A stretch of 64,000 nt of DNA from the human T2T-CHM13v2.0 reference genome, Homo sapiens: NCBI RefSeq assembly GCF_009914755.1, contig NC_060926.1; one strand, written 5' to 3'. The translations under genes were made by a program, and so were the position numbers. Under the pieces are notes generated by a model. It made no database searches, had not been told where the DNA came from, and worked only from the letters and a program-made list of their open reading frames with translations. This document shows positions 58,347 to 64,000 of this stretch, one piece after another. Positions within the stretch are counted from its first letter, which is position 1. Every line of letters starts with the position of its first letter.

Positions 58347-58962
58347 TCAATGTATTTTCTCTGTAATCACCTTACTGTCTGCTTCAGTGAATTTTGTCTC
58401 ATTGACCAAAATTCCTCTTTGGCCTCATCATGACTTCAGTGTCTCAATTCTGATTCTATCTCTCACACTATTGGCCTCCTTCTCACTTAAATTGCCTTCT
58501 ACCAAATGGAAGCCAGAGTCAGTCTTTTCAGTCTTGGTTCAGTGGGGATATCTTACATTCCAGAATCCCTTATATCCCTCCATTTTCCATCCATAACAAT
58601 TTCCCCGATTCCAGTTCTACAATATTTTATGCCAAGCGTCCAAGCATTGTCAGAGAAAATTCTAAAATTGTTATGTACAAATGCATACCAAATAATTTGA
58701 ATGCATACTTTTAAAAATTTTATTGCAGCCTGTTTCTTTTCCTCACTAAAATTTTTACCTACCCTGTTTTTAAATCTTGCTCCCCCGCCCCACCCCACCA
58801 AATAATCTGATTAAGTAGATTTTAGTCATCCAGGATTAACTTCCTCTTTTTAAAATCTTAACTTTAAAACTGCACTTTCTCAAAGAATGATGTGCCTTTT
58901 GGTTTTACCAAAGACTACTGTTCTCTTTGTAATTCTATCCTGTTCTCCTAATCCAAGACTTT

Positions 58963-59335
58963 GTGTCTTAGCTCAGGCTGCCATAACAAATGCTGCAGAC
59001 TAAATGGCTTACACTACAGAAATTTATTGTCTCACAATTCTGGAATCTGGAAGTCCAAGATCTAGGTACCTATAGCATTGGACTCCTCTGATGCTTCTCC
59101 CCTTGGCTTGCAGATGGCTTTCCTCTTGCTGTGACCTCACATGGTATTTACTCTGTGTCTCTGCACACTCCTGCTGTTTCTCTGTGTATCCTAATCTCCT
59201 CTTCTTGGACACCAGTCAGATTGGATTAGGGCCCACCCTCATGTCTTCATTTTAACTTAATCACCTCTTCAAAGGCCCAATCTCCAAATATAGTCACAGC
59301 CTAAGGTTCTGGAGGTTGGGGCCTCAACATATGAG
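58963..59335 (-). mobile_element. MaLR LTR MLT1A-like
   Basis: CAGGCTGCCATAACAAA...CAGAAATTTATT.TCTCACA.TTCTGGA..CTGGAAGTCCAAGATC; GGATTAGGGCCCACCCT. Confidence 0.85.
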
Positions 59336-60417
59336 AAAATGAAAAATTACTACTCGAAACTGCAATTCTTTCTGAAGGGATTAGCACCTATAAAAAGAAA
59401 CGTCAGGACTTCTTCCAGGCCTTTGCTATTTATATAATAGAAACTTTGAGGAGATTTGTGGGTTTTGGACATGAGCAAGTGGGCCAGGAACTGAGTTGTA
59501 TTCATCTTCCACAAATATTTACTCAATGCCTATAATGTGGTGTCAGGAATTGAGAGGGGAAAGACCAAAATTGTTCTTCAATAATAGAGCAAAAAGAATT
59601 TGGAGTTCTTGAATGCAACTTGGAAGGGAAAGAATGAGGAAGATGAAACAGAGCCAACACAGGATGGGAAAGTTCAGGATGCTGCCTAGGCCAGGAGTGC
59701 TGGTGATAACATCCCTAGAGGTAGAAAGGCCAGAAGCTCTTTCTGAGCGGCAGCAGCAAATTTTAAGTTGCTTTCATTTTTAAGATATAAATGCTTCTAT
59801 ATCTGCAAACTTTAATACTACTGCATTTGTGGGATCAGCCTGTGTTTAAACCAAGGAAAAGTGCTGAATTTCAATTTCATGTCTCCACTGAGCCACTGTG
59901 GAGAGAAGACAACCCAATCAGCATGGTGGAAAGTTTTCTCACATAGCACACATGCAGTAGAAGCAGAATGCTGGAATCAGAGGTAAGCACAAAAGCATAA
60001 GACACCTATGAATTCACAAAATTCTGAAGAAGGAATTGGGCATTTAAAAGTTTTATTAAAAAGCATTTAAGTCATGCAAAAAAATAAAAGGATAAATACA
60101 ATAAATTTCCAGGTACACACACCAGCCAGCCTAAGAAACACATTATCAATATATTTGAAGCTCCCTGTGTTTCTTCAATATTGTTTCCCTCCCACCCCAC
60201 TCTAGATATAACCCCCATCTTCAATTTGATGTTTGTCACCCCCAAAGGCATTGGATGTCCCACAAATAGCAAAATGAAGTTCAGTTCAATCTTGTCTATG
60301 TCTAAGGCAATTCTGACATGTGGTTTATGAATACATAATTTGTGCATCCCTGATGCCATGCAGCTATTTGGTATATAATATGTTCAAATCAGATAATAAA
60401 TACACATCAACACATTT

Positions 60418-60439
60418 ACACACACACACACACACACAC
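60418..60439. repeat. (CA)n microsatellite
   Basis: Directly visible. Confidence 0.9.
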
Positions 60440-61571
60440 CTTTACGTAAAGCATTTATACATAAAAACGTAGTTATAAATATAATATACGTAAATATCTT
60501 GACTATTTCAAGGTATTCAAGCTATCTGAGATTTATTCAATTCTATTTCATTTTAACAACTAAACACAAATCAATACATTATCTGTTTTTATAAAAACAG
60601 TCTTCTTGGGGCTTAAAAAATTTAAATATGTAATATACTCTGTGATTTCCCTGAAAGCCACAAACCAATTTTCTTCTCAGCACTAGGCACCCAATTACAA
60701 CATTTAAAATTAAAAGTTCAAGTTACTGTGGGTTTTCTGCTCAGTTGCAATTAATTTTGAAACTTATGTTTAGAAGGACATGTTTTTCTCAAATCTCAAT
60801 GTTTTCTCAAAAACAATGAATAATTGTATAAGCACGATTATTCACTGTTTGAGGTAATCTAAGACACCGTTTTTCTTTGTAAACATTGAATACTTTTATT
60901 AGCAGATATCACATTTAGAATATTGGGCTGAAGGACAGGAAACATGCGAAATTCATATATTCTCAAGTTTGTCCAGAGTGTTTGGAGAAAAGTACTTAAT
61001 TCTCTTTCTTTTAAAAGATAATACCAGCAACCAATGAACTGTATCTTTAAACACTGAAGCGGGAAGTAAGCTATGTCCTTATCTGAGGAACGTGTGTTGC
61101 GTGATTGCTGATAAACACAGTGCTGTTTCTGGAGGTGATTTGCAAAGTCAGAGCTATATGCACCCATAAAGCATCACTGCATTCAAAGGAATCTGAACAG
61201 CCAAGCTCCAAAAGGAAGGGGAACTTCATCCCGGCTGTCTCTGCTGCAACATGGTGGAGCATGTAAAGTCTTACAAACTCACCCCAGTTAGGAAACTGAT
61301 GAACACTTGAGGGACTACGGAACATTCGGTACTGCGCTAGGGATCCTGAGAACCACAGACATATTAAGCAGGCATGATCTTTCCATAAGACACTCTTAGG
61401 GCCATTGGAGGAAATAAGGCACCTATAAAGGAGAGAGCCATCTTTGAGGTTGAAATGGTCAGGCAAGGCGTAGGCTTTAGGGTCTGTTTTAGTCTGTTCC
61501 TGTTCTCAAATATTTTATTATAGTAGCAGGACCAGACTGAGACAGACTCCAAACCCAAAGAACATAAATTT

Positions 61572-61740
61572 GGCCTGACACGGTGGCTCACACCTGCAAT
61601 CCAAACACTTTGGGAGACCAAGGCGGGAGGATCACTTGAGCCCAGGAGTTTGAGGCTGCAGTAAGCTGTGATTGTGCCATTGCACACCAGCCTAGGTGAC
61701 AGAGCAAGACCCTGTCTATAAATAAATAAATAAACAAACA
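61572..61740 (+). mobile_element. Alu monomer (FRAM-like or AluJ arm-recombined) with (TAAA)n tail
   Basis: Single arm: GGAGGATCACTTGAGCCCAGGAGTTTGAGGCTGCAGT. Confidence 0.85.
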
Positions 61741-62029
61741 GAAATTTATTACCCACAGTTCTGAAGGCTGGGAAGTCTAAAATCAAGGCACTAGTAGATT
61801 TGGTGTCTAGTGAGGACTCATTATCTACTTCATAGATGGCTCCTTCTTGCTGGGACCTCACACGACAGAAAGGGTGAACAAGTGCCACGGAGTTTCTTTG
61901 GTAAGTGCACTCATCCCATTTTTGAGCTCATGACCTAATCGCCTCCTAAAGACTCCATCTCTTTAATACTGTTGCACTGGAAATTAGGTTTCAACATATA
62001 AATTTTGAACCAATATTCAGACCATAACA
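61741..62029 (-). mobile_element. MaLR LTR (MST/MLT1A-like)
   Basis: GAAATTTATT..CACAGTTCTG.AGGCTGGGAAGTC; CTCATGACCTAATC; TTAGGTTTCAACAT; ATTCAGACCATAACA. Confidence 0.8.
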
Positions 62030-63341
62030 GGTTCTCCAAAATATTAAGGGAGAAAATAGGACATTAATGTAGGATTTCAGGGTGGATTACTTTTAGGTAG
62101 AGATAAGAATCACTATATACAAAAGCATGATGTTTGTGTCAGGAAAGGATAAATAGATTTGCCTGGCTGGAATAAAGGATTCTTGTAGGGCAGTAGAGAA
62201 AAATAGGTAGAATGGGAAAAGTAGGTTGGAGCCAGAACATGGGGTCTTCAAGGCCAAATCGAAAGTAAACAATAGGGAATCTTCCCTGGCCCCATTTTTT
62301 TTCTTTCTTTTTTTTTTTTTTTGGTGAAGAGAGGAACATGATTTAAAAAAAAAAAAAATTAAGGCATTGTATACAAAAAAGCCATAGTAGAATGAAGGTG
62401 TGTAAATCCTATTTTTCAGGTTTCTTATTTTTCTTATGTTCCACTCCTGGATAATGTTGTCACCTCCTTTTGATACTTTGAGACTCGAAACTAATCATCT
62501 TCAGCTTCTCATTTTAACTTCTACTCCACGCCAAGTCCTCATAATCTAATTTTCAGGTACTTTGCACAGTATACAGCAACTAGCATAATCATCTCTTAGT
62601 AAGTGCATGTTGAATCAATACCTGAGTTGGACAATGGGTTATGTTTCTGATCTCCTTTCCCTCCTTTCCTTCTCTCTACTGCTTACTCTGTTCTGACCCT
62701 TCCATTTGGACTTTTGTACTCGTTTCTCTCCTCTCTGAACCATCCTGCATATGGCAACCAATGTGATTGTTCTCCATCATATGTCAATCACATCACTACC
62801 TCGTTAATAAAACAAAACCCAAAATACAAAAAGTCAATTGATTCTTACAGGAAGAAAAAGTACAGGATCTATAAGAGGACAAGTTATTCTGGGATATGGT
62901 TCCAGCCCATCTTTCTCACCTCACTGCTTAATATACTCCCCTGCCTCTTCTGTGTCCAGTCCAATTAGTGCCTTCCCTAATTACAGTGAAAGTTTTGTCA
63001 CTGATTTTCATGAAAGTTAAGTAAGTTTAAACATATAAATTGCTTACATCTGTCCCCAGCACATAGTGAGTTCTCAATAAGTATAAATGGTTGTTATTAT
63101 TAAGTCTGAGTATTTTCCTGCCTGGTTTCCTAAGTACTCTCATCTCTGCCAACTATTTACCAACTTAACTCTTTCTGATAAAATCCTACTTCTTCTTAAG
63201 GCCCTATTCCAATACTGCCCTCAAAGGCTAAGAAAACTTTCCTAATTGCCTAGTCCGAATCTCTCTTTATTCCACCTACCCATAGCTGTATATAGCTCAT
63301 GTAACACTTAAAGCAGTCTACTAAACAGTGGCAGGATAAAC

Positions 63342-63344
<3 letters not shown>

Positions 63345-63393
<49 letters not shown>

Positions 63394-63394
63394 A
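63345..63394. repeat. (CA)n microsatellite (about 20 units)
   Basis: Directly visible. Confidence 0.95.
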
Positions 63395-64000
63395 CTTTCT
63401 ATGGAGCAAAGATCATGAAGTATCTATATAAAGCAGATGTCACTGGTTCAAACAGCCATAAAGACCATTCTCAGAGCGTGGGTTCATCCCTACAATGTGA
63501 GCAGAAAGGAGCAAGAAGAGAATTAGAAAAATAATAGCAGAAATATTATTTCATAAGAAATAAGGCTGAAGTTATCTTAAGGGTAAGGAAAAGCTTTGCT
63601 CACTTGCAACTAACCTGTATTATCCTCAGAAAGAAACAAATACTCAACTGTGGTGAGGTTATGCGTGCTCTTCTGTAATTCATTAGGAAATCAGATGAAT
63701 CCCGATTTTCCACCACACTGATGCAAACATTGAGCTGCCTTCTTCCTTCACCCCACCAGGAGATCTCAGCTCATCCACCAGCCTTTTGGAATTAGCAAAA
63801 CCGAGGTAGAGCCAACTAGCTTTTGCCCCAAATCTGAAGTGTAGAGTTTTATAAACCAAAAGAAATAATTTCCCTCATGTTGGAAAATGGGAGGGAGGTG
63901 AGGGGGAGAGAGAGGTGGGACACAGAACTACAAGATGAAGGATGCGAAGAAGGAAAAGTCAGAAATAAGATGAATTCAGAACCCTTTAAGCTGCATGGCC

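Overview
Primate (most likely human or great-ape) AT-rich non-coding genomic DNA, intronic or intergenic. A large fraction is interspersed repeat: over 20 Alu copies or fragments (J, S and Y lineages), old L1 pieces (L1M, L1PB, L1PA), L2, MIR, MaLR LTRs (MLT1/MST), two ERV1 solo LTRs (MER34-like, MER39-like) and hAT-Charlie MITEs (MER3, MER5A, MER20, MER58B). I found no convincing protein-coding exon, tRNA/rRNA, CpG island or CRISPR/prokaryotic system, and I could not identify the locus. The ORF track is explained by repeats and chance. I did not find a new biological system. The notable signals are DNA-repair and retrotransposition scars: a 93-bp inverted templated insertion inside an L1PB microsatellite, a twin-primed 5'-inverted AluYe-like element, a perfect 19-bp hairpin, a chain of interlocking hairpins, a ~54-bp duplication around a half-Alu, a solo poly(A) insertion with TSD, nested L1s and several local duplications. 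Repeat subfamily calls are from recalled consensus sequences, and boundaries of old repeats are approximate.
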